Assembly: GCF_006345805.1 (NCBI RefSeq)
Contig: NC_043005.1
Span: 60,326,001-60,390,000 of the forward strand
DNA: 64,000 nt
Source: Octopus sinensis
Lineage: Eukaryota
Reading direction: 5' to 3'
Below, piece by piece: positions 51,517-64,000 of the stretch; the first letter of the stretch is position 1, and every line of letters begins with the position of its first letter. The notes below the pieces were generated by a model that saw only the letters and a program-made list of their open reading frames with translations, searched no databases and was not told the origin of the DNA. The position numbers were made by a program, and so were the translations under genes.

Positions 51517-51711
51517 GGTACTAATTTGTGGTTGTTGATGTATTATCCTTCAATATTCCTCCTGTCTCCGCTGCATCACAATATTTCCACAAACATTTCA
51601 GAAGCAGGTTTTGGTATGTTCTTTTAGCATTTACATATCTGAAAATGTGCTAACATCAGTATTTTGTGGAGAAAGTGCCATTATTCTATTAGTTTATTAT
51701 TTCACTGATCA
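51517..51711. repeat. Dispersed direct repeat, copy 2 of 48351-48545
   Basis: See copy 1. Confidence 0.8.
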
Positions 51712-51787
51712 TAGTTTGTCTATTGATTACAGTTTGGTGTGAAATATTTGAATATTTATATGTCTGTAATATTTTGTGTACAGATAG

Positions 51788-51911
51788 GCGCAGGAATGGC
51801 TGTGTGGTAAGTAGTTTGCTTACCAACCACATGGTTCGGGGTTCGGTCCGACAGCGTGGCACCTTCGGCAAGTGAGTGGATTTGGTAGACGGAAACTGAA
51901 AGAAGCCCTTC

Positions 51912-51964
<53 letters not shown>

Positions 51965-52200
51965 TGTATATGCATGTGTTTGTATATGTGTGTGTGTGTG
52001 TGTGTGTGTCACCCCAATATCGCTTGACAACCGATGTTGGTGTTTTTATGTCCCAGTAACTTAGCGGTTCGGCAAAAGAGACCGATAAAATAAGTACTAG
52101 GCTTACAAAGAATAAATCCTGAGGTCGATTTGCTCGACTAAAGGCGGTGCTCCAGCATGGCCGCAGTCAAAAGGATTGAAACAAGTAAAAGTGTAAAAGA
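51788..52200 (+). mobile_element. SINE family A, near full length
   Basis: GGCGCAGGAATGGCTGTGTGG head, internal (TA)n(TG)n, right arm almost identical to 16810-16990. Confidence 0.9.
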
Positions 52201-52759
52201 GTAGAGAGAGTAGATAAGATGTAGACACTAAATGTTGAATATTTGCAATTGTTCCGGTAAGATATTTAACGTGTTTGTTTATATATAAGTAGTCGACGTT
52301 TTATATTATTTGAATGTTTGTATAAGAGTATTTTATTTCAATTATTTATTGTATTTGGTACGGATATATATAAAATCTCAACCTTTCCAACTATTTATTT
52401 TATTTCGTACATAAATGTATAGAATTTTAACTTATTGAGTTATTTCTTATATTTTTAAAGAAATTCATAAAATAACGCACACACAAACACTTACGTATAT
52501 TTCCTTCATAGTAAGATATTGTCAGGGAGTGCGTATGTTCACCGGCTGTAAAGAAGAATGTCTGCCGAATGTATGCCCCAACAATACCATGAATCTGTAG
52601 ATAGTTCAGAAGAAGCGACCATCTACAATCATTAAATATAGTGCGTATGTACTTAAACAATGAAAACTAACGTAGGCCCCCACATATAATTCATTTTCTA
52701 AAACGTTTTAGTTCTTTGCTCGAAATGTCTGACTTCGTAAGCATTTAGCAGCATTAATT

Positions 52760-53000
52760 CTGCTGCTGCTACTACTACTACTTCTACTACTACTACTACT
52801 ACTAATAATAATAATAATAATAATAATAATATTAATAATAATAATAATATTAATAATAATAATAGTTATAACGATAATAATATTTATAATAATAACAACA
52901 ACAACAACAATATTTATAATAATAACAACAACAACAACAACAACAACAATAATAATAATAATAATAATAATAATAATCATAATAATAATAATGATAATAA
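52760..53000. repeat. (GCT)(ACT)(AAT)(AAC) graded trinucleotide array
   Basis: Seen directly. Confidence 0.9.
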
Positions 53001-53599
53001 TTGTTACGTGTATATCTTTCCTTGCAATGATTAGGTGTGTTCTATAATGTAAGTAGTTTCGTAAAGCTTTTCTTTTCCGGAATTTTATACTATTCAACCA
53101 ATTCAGTTATATCGCTTCACTAAAGTTGGAGAATGACGTTTCACGGATGTAATCTCTATATATGGAAACTGTCAGTTCTGCATGTGCACTCGATGCACCG
53201 ATTATATTGATTCTCTGTCAGACGTTCTTATAGGCTACGTAATATTGGGAGGATATTCTTTGAAACACTTTATACCCCTCATTAATGAAACAATCAACAC
53301 ACACACACACACGTTCACACACAAACAGGCAGACACACGCACAAAAATAAGCACGCATACACATACACAAACAGGCACACAATCACAGACGTATGTACTG
53401 TATTTACAACGGTCAGAATTGCTAACGTGCGAACGAACGTTATCATTGAAAACACTTATTGGAATACAGAATGTAATTTTTAATCCTTCGCCACTCTCCC
53501 AGCAGAAAAACTTTTTACGATAAAGAGATGCTGCTATATATATTCAAGTGACTTATATAAGCATACATGTGCGTATATATATATATATATATATATGTT

Positions 53600-53800
53600 T
53601 GTATGTCTGCGCTTGTTCCCCCAATATAGCTTGACAACCGATGTTTGGGTGTTTATGTCCCTGTAACTTAGCGGTTCGGCAAAAGAAACCAATAGAATAA
53701 GTATTAGGGTTATAAAGAATAAGCCTTGGGGTCGATTTGCTCGACTAAAGGCGGTGCTGTAGCATTGTCGCAGTCAAATTACTGAAACAAATAAAGAATA
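53600..53800 (+). mobile_element. 3' half of SINE family A
   Basis: GCTTGACAACCGATG...GGGGTCGATTTGCTCGACTAAAGGCGGTGCT. Confidence 0.85.
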
Positions 53801-53802
53801 TG

Positions 53803-53896
<94 letters not shown>

Positions 53897-53901
<5 letters not shown>

Positions 53902-54050
53902 GCGTCCACATAGTGGATTCTTTCTCATAGTTTTGTATTAATAATATTTACTGAATCCCAGTCTTTTATACGCTAGACCACTTGGTGTTTAGATTGGTGT
54001 TATTAAATTAATATCCAATTTTTTCACCCTTATTTTGACTTTAATTATAT
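53897..54050 (+). mobile_element. Diverged distal fragment of the 19.1-19.9 kb repeat family
   Basis: GTCCACATAGTGG...CTGAATC...TGCTAGACCAC-like...TTTTTCACCCTTATT parallels 19795-19925. Confidence 0.5.
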
Positions 54051-54385
54051 AGGCGCGTAGCTCAGTGGTTAGAGCGTCGAGCTTACGATTGTGAGGTTGT
54101 GAGCTCGAATCCCGGACCGAGCTGCATGTTGTGTTCTTGAGCAAGACACTTTATTTCACGTTGCTCCAGTTCACTCAGCTGTAGAAATGAGTTGCGACGT
54201 CACAGGTGCCAAGCTGTATCGGTCCTTGCCTTTCCCTTGGATAACATCGGTGACGTGGAGAGGGGAGGCCGGTATGCATGGGCGACTGCTGGTCTTCCAT
54301 AAAACAACCTTGCTCAGACTTGTGCCTCAGAGGGTAACTCTCTAGGTGCAAACCCATGGTCTGTGTCTGACCGAAGAGGGTCACC
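54051..54385 (+). mobile_element. tRNA-derived CORE-type SINE (family B)
   Basis: A box TAGCTCAGTGG, B box GCTCGAATCC, then GTTGTGTTCTTGAGCAAGACACTT...CAGTTCACTCAGCTGTAGAAATG, which aligns with the CORE-SINE consensus (TGTGACCTTGGGCAAGTCACTT...CAGTTTCCTCATCTGTAAAATG). Confidence 0.85.
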
Positions 54386-55399
54386 TATATATATATATAT
54401 ATATACAAAACATTAAATTTATTTACAATATTTTCCTCCGCAAATAAACTAATATATCTTTTGTTTTCTCTTTACTTATTCGTTTTAAAATCTATAAGAA
54501 ATATGAAACACCAAACCACATGCCTGCTGTATTTTCAGTTGTTTCTTTGCTTTTTTTTAACTAAGGTTACTTCTGTTCCAGTTATTCATTTCAGTTTTTC
54601 TTGAGCAGTTTTTAAAATCCAATACGCATAAAGTCATCATACTCACGTACACACATAAACACACAAACTTACATATGAAAATACCTGTTTAGAAAAGACA
54701 TCCTGAAGGACAGTATTTTCAACGAATTTCCATTCTCTAGTATTTTTTAAAATCTCTCTTTCTTTTTAACATCAACACTTGAATCGATTGATCAGTTTGC
54801 CAGAGTTATTTGCGTCTCACATTCTTACCGGTTTAAGTTAAACCAACAATCTAGATGAACTGGTACGGCAAAAAATTACCAGAACTTATGTTTTGGACAT
54901 TGAGTTATATGTAGTGTAATTATTAGTACAAGTAACAGTATTTCACAAAATTCTTGAAGATACTATAGTCTATCCGAGTAGTGAGATTAATGTTTGTTAA
55001 AATGTATACGGTGCCGGCGGATTGAATTGTATTCTTTTCTGTATTTTTTGGTGAAAGTTTTCCAGGCATAATTTGAATGTTATGGAGACATATTGTTCGA
55101 TTTCTTTCAGAATAAGTGTGGACAAAGGACGAGCTACTGAGGAAAAGACTTCTTGTCGCAATGTTGTTAAGAGATGTATGGTCAAGTGGGCATGGGTCTT
55201 GCAGCATAACCGCCTAGTCTTCTGTGCCTTGTCAACATGATGGGAAATATTTTCCACATTGCACAAATGACGAACTGATAAAGGCGGATTTGGGGAAAAT
55301 AAAATTTTGAATTCATAAAACGATACCAAATTATCAGCGTGTGTCAAACCATTTGCTATATTTGGTTGGCGATCTATCTCTGAAGTCCTTCAATTGTGT

Positions 55400-55950
55400 T
55401 AATATTTTGGTGTATATAGGGAGACCACAATCAACAGTAACTTTCAAAGATATAATTAACGCAGAGAAGAGTTCAGCATTTCTGGACTAAATTGCGAGTT
55501 ATATCAAATTGGTTGTTGATGAGTGATTCTAGCTTAGGTTGTCCACAGTTACATTTAATTCACAGGTGTTATTTGACCTTATGACATATCGCGAAGTAAG
55601 AGAATGTATCAAAGTGTATTCTCTTCTCCAAATTGGCTGATCTTAGGTCTTCCGTTGTTTATCAACATTTTGTAGCTTATCTTACCTACTGAATAGCAAA
55701 TCATTAATTGGATTGTAGTTCTGTTGATTCATATACTTCCATGATGTCTTTGTGGAGATAGATTCATATGCAAAGCTTTTTATTTTACTATGGATGATTA
55801 CATTTGAGATGCTATGATAAACGGAAATAAATCAAACAAAGAACCCTTCTCAGTACTACTAAGGACTTTTGCAGTGTCTTTCCACGGGTTCAAATGCTGG
55901 ACAATTTAATCGGTAGAAAGTTACGGTCAACTCTGACGAAAATCGAGTGA
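55400..55950 (-). mobile_element. Possible heavily decayed PLE RT fragment
   Basis: Only LNPWKDTAKVL and YESIS-like remnants resemble the PLE LNQWKNT...FYPSI motifs. Confidence 0.25.
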
Positions 55951-57217
55951 TGTTAAGGTGAATGACGTGTGTCGGTACCCTCTCCAAAAGCTAGAATACA
56001 AACCAAATTGAGCAGAAGCTGTGCTAGACAGATATGTTGGTTTGGATCTTGGTGATTTCTACCTATGACTTTTGTTCTATTTTATTTCACTACATTTTCA
56101 AATATTTTAATGATATGAGAAGTTAGTGAGAGTGAAATTACGAAGATTTTTCGAAATTTACTCAATTTCTAGAAAAGTTATTTCATAGTCGTTTCTCGGC
56201 TCAGTAACAGAGTTCGTATTATATTACAGGAGAGTGTGAACTGCAGTATGTTTACCTCATGTTTTTCACTTGTGAAGAAAGGTGTGTTTGTATTAGTCCG
56301 CTCTTGCTCTTACTCAGGTGTAAACTAGCTTTGCCTTTTATTTCTTTTTTTATATTACGTTTTTTTTTTTACTCGACTCATGCAAATTTTTGTTCCCTTT
56401 TGTTAAAGCGGAGAGGTTTAGTCACCTGTAAGATTTCGATTCACAGATTATAATTGTGTTCCTGCGTAGCTGTGATGAATGCATGATTAACGTTTGGATT
56501 CATGTTCGTATAATTGAGGTTTCGATTCCAAGAGCAAAACACAGCAGTCTAAGTTACTCCAGTTCATTCTGCTGGCAGAAATAAGTAATCTTGCTAAGGA
56601 ATCAAAAAGAAGCTTTTTCTTTATCTTTGCAATCTATCTGTGGCCATCCACCCCTGTAATGAAAACGTTAGGATGAGATAGAATAGTAATTAGGCAACTA
56701 CATTTAGTAGATCAAGAAACCACAACGAAGACACACTCCAAATGATTGGTGCTAATATTAGGTATTATTTTAGAATCATATATATTAAATTTCATCTAGA
56801 AGTCTACAAAGATAAATTGTTTTCATTTTCTATGAAACAATCAATAACAACTATCGCCCATTGATGGATCGCACGGGACTCGAAAGGTCAAGCAAGTGAC
56901 TACACCACGCACTTTTCTACAATGAATAATAATGCATTATAAATCAATTATTAGAGTTGACATTTCCAAGAAATGCTTTTAAAAAGTGGTTTTAATATAA
57001 TTATACAATTCTACGAAACATTTATTCACTAAAGTTATTTCGTGACGAAAAACGAAACTTTTTTTTTTATATTTTAGCCAGAGGAGGTTGATCGTCTATA
57101 TTTTGCGTGTTTGTTTGTATAGATATGCGCATGTCAGTAAGTACACACACACTCATACTAACATATATATGTGTGTGTATATATGTATATGTACATATAT
57201 GTATGTTTATACATACA

Positions 57218-57253
<36 letters not shown>

Positions 57254-57497
57254 TATATATATTCACGCACAGTCAAATTATGTGGAAGCCATTATATATG
57301 TATACGCATTTGTGTGCACGCTCGTGTATCTTTGTAGTTGGATATTTGTGTCTTGTATAATTACTCTCCGTGTGATATAAGATTTAATATACTTTTTCAC
57401 TTATCAACAATATTTTCTTTGTAATATTCTGTTCGTTTCCTATCTATTCATTTACTGTCATGGCAGTCATTTGTATAATAAATTTCTATTCAGATTG

Positions 57498-57574
<77 letters not shown>

Positions 57575-57613
57575 AATAGATAGATAGATTAATATATATA
57601 TATAGAGAGAGAG

Positions 57614-57646
<33 letters not shown>

Positions 57647-57788
57647 TATTCATATATATATATATATGTGTGTGTGTGTGTATGTGTTTCTATATACATA
57701 TATTTATCTATGTTTATATGTATCTTTATACATACATATTTATACTATATATATACACTTACATATATATAAATATATAAGTGCGTGC

Positions 57789-57820
<32 letters not shown>
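57498..57820. repeat. Compound (TA)/(GATA)/(TG) microsatellite block
   Basis: Seen directly. Confidence 0.9.
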
Positions 57821-57823
57821 TAT

Positions 57824-57995
57824 GAGTGGCTTAGTGGTTCAGCGTTGCACTCACGAGTGCTAGATTGTGGGCTCGATTTCCAGAGCGTGTGGCGCCTTGT
57901 GTTCTTGAGCAAAACACTTCATTGCCCGTTACGCCAATTCACTCACTTGTAAATGGATAAACCCTGCGACGCGAAGCGCATCCGATAATCTGGTG
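57824..57995 (+). mobile_element. CORE-type SINE (family B), diverged
   Basis: TGGCTTAGTGG A box; TGTGTTCTTGAGCAAAACACTT CORE segment. Confidence 0.75.
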
Positions 57996-58545
57996 TAGCA
58001 CGTGTGTGTGTGTCTGTCTGTCTGAGCGTGTGTCTATAATTATGTGTGTACTCGCGCATTTCTATTTGCATATGTGGGGCTAGTTGTAGCCTTACTGTAG
58101 CCTGAGTATGAGTTATCTTATTAACAATATATTTTTATGTTATAACTTACGAACCTCTTTAATTCTTGGATGAGTTCTGAGAGTTCTGATATTTAGTAGA
58201 TCCAACGTTACCTTGAAATTCGTCGACGTCACTATATTTCATTAACGTTCTAGACTTTAATTTCCTCACATTTGACAGAGCAGCAACGATATATTGCTAG
58301 GTTTCATTTACGTTGACACTGAAGGCAACGAAAGCAATAAAGTGAGTTTATAGTATAAGATAATTTGCTGTTTCAGAAGGCAATACCACTTTAAACCGTT
58401 GAGTACATCGTTTACGTGTACAGTTAGTTACCTTACACTCTTCTTTAATTGCACTGTAATAAAAACGCTTGTTAACAAAGGGGAATATTTTTCTCGGTAT
58501 TGAAATAATATGCACTATCGTAAAAATACGGTTCTTTAAATCTCA

Positions 58546-59479
58546 TCTCTCTATATATAAAAGGCAGTTTGTCTGTCTGTGTGTGTGTCTGTCTGTCTGC
58601 GTGTCTGTCAGGTTGTACCCTCACCCTGACCACGGCTTTCAACCGATTCTGATGAAATTTGAAACACACATAGCCCAATGTCATAAGTAAAAATTAACGC
58701 AGCGAAGAGTTTGAAAAGTTTCCCCAGTTCTGAAAAAAATCGATAAATTCGACATGGGGTCGAGAATCTAAGCTTATGATATTCAACACATTTTCCGTTG
58801 TAGTTTTCGCAACTTGCAATCGATTTTCACCAAACTCATGGTGAAGCTTAATGTTACCCTAAGGAACTTAATTCTGGCGTTAGTTTTCCATCCAATACCT
58901 TACCATCAGAAGAAATCGATAAAATCATGTCATTTTGGGAAATCGCGTTCAAATTCAAGATGACATATTTTCGACAATATCTTTAATAAATTGGCAGGGA
59001 TTTTTTTGAAATTCACAGCGAGCATCATGTCTGCTCCAAGGAGCCATATGGCCCTTTTGATTCCAATAGGATACGTTATTACTGGAAAAAATCGGTTAGT
59101 TTCATCATATGTGGCACACATAGCAAACTGATCTTTCTGCGATATTTTTTGAAAGTTCACATAGATTTTTCCCTACACCGATGTTGGGCATTCAAGTTTG
59201 CATCAAATGTCAAACTAACGACCTTTTGTCAATGCAGTTAACAAGTATTGGGAGAAATCGACAAAACCATATCACTTTGAGACCGATCATGCGAACCCTA
59301 CAAAACTGACTTTTGTTAAATATTTGGCGGATTTCAGGCACACAGGCGGATTTCAGCCTTTTAGGCTTCATTTTACAAAATAACGGTTCAATGAGTACAA
59401 AAAAGGGTAAAAAGGTAAAGGGCATTGCTTATCGACAAAGTTTCTTACATATCCGGGCAATGCCGGGCTATGCTGCTAG
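58546..59479 (+). mobile_element. Non-autonomous Helitron (~934 bp)
   Basis: A|TCTCTCTATATATAAAA start, (GTCT)/(GT) tract, terminal hairpin TCCGGGCAATGCCGGG, CTAG|T end. Confidence 0.8.
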
Positions 59480-61222
59480 TAAGGAATATATAGGCAACAT
59501 AATCTTTGTTATTGCAATTTAACTATTAATACACAACTAATATTATAACAAGAGTTATTCTAGCTTGATCGACAGCGCTCAATTCGAATGGCAAAATAAT
59601 AGTTTCATGCGCTGCTATTGACACTGCATTACATTTGAACCACGAATGTTCTCTATGGGAGAATCATTCCATTTGTGTAAATAATTATGATATATACGCA
59701 TAGATTATTGGAGTTGGTGGATGTTTTCTACTTTAATTTAAAATACTATTTTATAGTTATAATCACCATCGGATTAAGGATGTCAATAAAGTTAACTTCT
59801 GTCAAAATAAAATTTTTTAAATGTCAAATGTAATGTGGAATAAAAACCTGGTGATCACTATATGATGATAACCGATTTAACATCTATTGTTAAAGATCTT
59901 ACAAGAGCCTACAGAATCAAGAAGAACACGAAAAAGACTGAAATCTTCAAGCCCGATAAACAGACGCGCTAGTTAACATCCTTCCTAGCATTAATAATGT
60001 TCCCATCTATTCAGATCTAATACAATATAAAGCAATAGTTCTTTTTTATATTATACTTATTATTTCTCATCGGTTTCGAGCAAAAATTTGCGAGATCATT
60101 GGGTACGATTTTGCATCTAAAACGTATGTGTGGGATAGTTTGCAAGGGATAGTTTATCAGTTAACATGACTGCATTTGAACAGGTTAACGAGGAAGTCTA
60201 TGCAGAGTAGCTGCAGCTGCTAAGAAGAGCAATCAATTTGCTCTTTAGAATCTCAAATTATAAAATAAAATTGGATGATATAATTCTCGATAGTCTTAGA
60301 AAGGCGATAGGAGCACGGCTAAAGGACTATTCATCATAAATATTTCACGATCAGGATTGAACTAGGGTGATGGAACAGCAGTCATAAGAAGTTGTGCTTT
60401 GCAGTGAAATAGTTTTTGAGGAGGAGAGTTCAACACATTTTATGTTAACTGTACTCATATTCTATCATTCTGTAAAAGTTTAACAAATGCTAGCTGTTTA
60501 AGTTTAATTGTAATTAAATGTCATTCTTTTTAACGGGTGCCCTGTCTCTCGGTCGCATAACTCCGTTCTAATTTAACAGAATCACTGAGATAATGTAGTG
60601 TGGAGGCAAATTTGTGCATCTCGTCTTAATCTGATCAACATCTTAAAGCCTCGTCTTGGTTTCAAAATGTCTGAAACTTTAATTTACTTTCATCTTTAAA
60701 GGAGTAGGCGTTGCCGGTAAACTATACCAGTTAAGCAATGTTTGCTATAAAAAGATATTTCCGAGTCATAAAAGTCTCTATGAAGTGCATTAATCAATAT
60801 TTATTTCCAAGCTGGAATTGCTATGCTGTCATCTTGTGCGATGACAAATTAAAACTGAATCTTTACATGTTTTAAATGAAAAATAAATTAGAGGGATTCA
60901 TTGTTTGAAATTTGAAGCGTTTCACGATTAACATCTTGTTATCAAATAAACAGATATAAAATAAATCAGACAGAGGTCTGATAGCCAAATTTTATATTTC
61001 AATTTTTTTAAAAACTATATGCCATAGAAAGTCCATTAATTTTATTTTAGAAAAGCTTCACAGAATTAAGTAATGGAAGGTCAAGAACTGTGTGAAGCAA
61101 TATAATTTCGTTTCTCATAGAGTGTGATGAGTAAAATTAAAGCAAAAATGTATATTTCTACCCGGAGCACACACGCACACAAGTACGTCCGCATACAAAT
61201 ACACACCCATATCTGCGTGTAA

Positions 61223-61782
<560 letters not shown>

Positions 61783-61869
61783 ACAAAAAGCTTCCCTTCC
61801 AGTCACACCGCGTAGTACCTTGGGCAAGTGTCTTCTACTATTGAAACCGACAGTTTTATACCGTTCCTG

Positions 61870-63070
61870 TAACTCACTGTGATTGTGTGTTCGCCGAAGC
61901 TGCTGCCAATTGGGTAGGTGTTGTTGTTGTAGTTGCTATTGTTGTTAGTCATGTTGCTGATATTGTTGCGACCGTCTGTGAAGTTGCCATATATGTGTTT
62001 CTTTGTGTATATGGTTTCGGTTCTTATGTTGTTTGTATCCGAGCCCTTTATACAGTCTTTTTATATATCTCTAACTTTTTTATATTCATTATAGGTATGT
62101 ACATATATGTATATTGTATGTGTATTACGCTGTTTGTTTTCCTCCTTCAGTCAATAGGCGTCAAGTCGTGTGGTGTGGTGGTGGGTGTTATTGTTCCATT
62201 AGGGTTTTCCATTGAGGTCGGTCTGTCTATTTCTATGTGTGTAGCCTCTGCGATCTGTCTAAGTGTCGTATCAGTTCTATACTTTGATGCTACTTTAACC
62301 TCTATGAGCCTCTATGTTTTGATTGAGCATACTGGTCGAGGACTGACGAGCCTTTCTCTTCTTTCAGCTCTCGCCAGTAGTCACATATACGCTTTCGTAT
62401 GTTGCTTGTTGTCTCTCCAATATAAGTTGTTGTCATGCTTCTGCACCCTCCCTCAGTATATCTTAAGTTATACACTATATCCTAATCTTACATTTAACCT
62501 GTGAGTTCATCCTACGTACAATACAATGTTCTCGGTACATGGGACCTATCAAAGGGATAAATTCTACAGATCAGGGATTTTATAGACCTCTTTATACTTT
62601 AATCTGTAGGTTGGCGTTATCTAATGTTTTTCTAAAAAGGTATGCTAGTTCGCCCCCAGAGTAGTATCAACGAAAATGAAACTCTGGTTTTTTTGTTCTC
62701 ATACCATGAGTTGTCCTTATCTATTTTTCCTGGTCCTTTCTATGATGTTCCATGATCTACTCCTGTATAACGGGCAGATAACCTTTGCATCACTCTCTAT
62801 GATGGCTTTCTACTTAGCCCCGGCTTCTTTGTACGCTCTATTCCTGTCCCTTCGGTTGTAGCCAGAGAACTGCATGCGGTGAATGAAGTGTTGTACGTGT
62901 CTTTCCAATTCCACAGAGTTGCACATTCGAGACAAATTCCTCATCCCTCTCACCAAGTATGCTATAAGAATATTGAACTTGGCGTTGTCTTTCGTGGTTT
63001 CGGATTTTTCCCTTTTTCTAGCGTGTTAGAAAATCGCCAAGTGGATTTTCCCTTCCTGTATAATTTTTAT
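61870..63070 (-). mobile_element. Decayed Penelope-like element of a second lineage (RT thumb plus GIY-YIG)
   Basis: Minus translation: HRMQFSGYNRRDR...CPLYRSRSW...FVDTTLGGELA...IVYNL...TTYIGETTSNIRKRI...TLRQIAEATHI. Confidence 0.8.
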
Positions 63071-63072
63071 AG

Positions 63073-63315
63073 TGGAGGCGCGTGGCTTAGTGCTTAGGGT
63101 GTCAGCATCATGATCGTAAGATTGTCGTTTCAATTCCTGGACTGGGCGACGCGGTCTGTTCTTGAGCAAAACACTTCATTTCACGCTGCTCCAGTCCACT
63201 CACCTGGCAAAAATGAGTAACGCTGCGATGGACTGGCGTCCCGTCTAGCTGGGGAACACCATTGAAACCGCGAAACCGGGCCCATGAGCCTGGGTAGGAT
63301 TTAAAAGTGCGCATT
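63073..63315 (+). mobile_element. CORE-type SINE (family B)
   Basis: GGAGGCGCGTGGCTTAGTG head; TGTTCTTGAGCAAAACACTTCATTTCACGCTGCTCCAGTCCACTCA. Confidence 0.8.
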
Positions 63316-63427
63316 TGTTTATTATAATTTTTATACACACATATAGTATAATAATATTTGGAATCTACGGACACTTTTACTCATGCTGGCCACTGGTAAG
63401 AATTAATATTTAATGTTCATATAATTG

Positions 63428-63473
<46 letters not shown>

Positions 63474-63810
63474 TGATTCAGTAGGGTACGTAAATACCAC
63501 TTGCTATAACCAGAGCCATCGCTCCAAAACCGCCAATAACTCACAATTAAAATACACACGGGTAATGCAACGAGTATAGCAGAAACAGGTTAACCTTGCG
63601 TGGAATACAGAAGAAATGTGTATATTTCAATATCAATTAATTTCGCCGTCTGTATGAAAAAACACATTATTATCATTATTATCATAAATAACAGTAATAA
63701 TAATACTTTGATTTATATATATATATATATAAATAATTGTTGAAGAGGACACCAAACATTAAGGCAAGGCAAACATCTCAAGTCGCATACGATATTATTA
63801 TTGGAAAAAA

Positions 63811-63870
63811 TTTCAGTCTTACAGCTGTTTCTGGGTTATCCGGGCTATGGGATATTCCGTCATCAGATAC
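63811..63870 (-). ncRNA. Type-I hammerhead-like motif with perfect palindromic stem III
   Basis: Minus strand: GTAT-CTGATGA-CGGAATATCC-CATAGCCC-GGATAACCCA-GAA-ACAGCTGT-A-AGAC; GUA triplet; mismatches in stems I and II. Confidence 0.6.
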
Positions 63871-64000
63871 AAACAGGGAAAAAGAAGGAAAACGAGTATG
63901 TTTGTTGTGCTCTTTAACAATTATATATCCGCTGCATCGGAAGTATGCAATGGTTTCATAACTACCGTCTCGGCTTTAACCTGGGAGCCCTAGTAATTCG

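Noticed and set aside
53105-53180. Minus-strand CTGACAG...GAAACGTC
   Set aside because: Core mismatched and no stem II; compatible with chance
54051-54125. tRNA-like cloverleaf
   Set aside because: Acceptor stem does not pair and the sequence continues into a CORE domain; it is a SINE head, not a tRNA gene
61887-62504. 205-aa hydrophobic ORF resembling a membrane protein
   Set aside because: Antisense shadow of the A/C-rich PLE GIY-YIG region on the minus strand

Overview
AT-rich, microsatellite-dense eukaryotic DNA, not a prokaryotic window. The SINE and transposon families resemble those I recall from octopus (inference; no search was run). I find no supportable host protein-coding gene, rRNA, true tRNA or CRISPR array, and most ORF-track entries are translations of simple repeats or antisense shadows. 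The window is a transposon mosaic: two 5'-truncated CR1/L2-group RT LINEs (38.1-40.1 kb, 48.8-50.4 kb), a Dong/R4-type REL-endonuclease LINE between (TAA)n tracts (43.7-44.6 kb), three decayed Penelope-like elements (PLEs; RT thumb plus GIY-YIG), a DD34D mariner fragment, a second Tc1/mariner-type 5' end, two non-autonomous Helitrons, two MITE-like elements and many tRNA-derived/CORE SINEs. The most interesting signal is non-coding: six distinct type-I minimal hammerhead-ribozyme-like motifs of the PLE pseudo-LTR kind. One has a G3/C8 swapped core (13502-13552) and lies in a ~260-bp palindrome. Another, with an intact core, lies in a ~521-bp circularly permuted, retrozyme-like unit (19103-19653). 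The 3' ends of most of these hammerhead repeats run into (TA)n tracts. All folds were done by eye, coordinates were counted by hand, and activity is untested.
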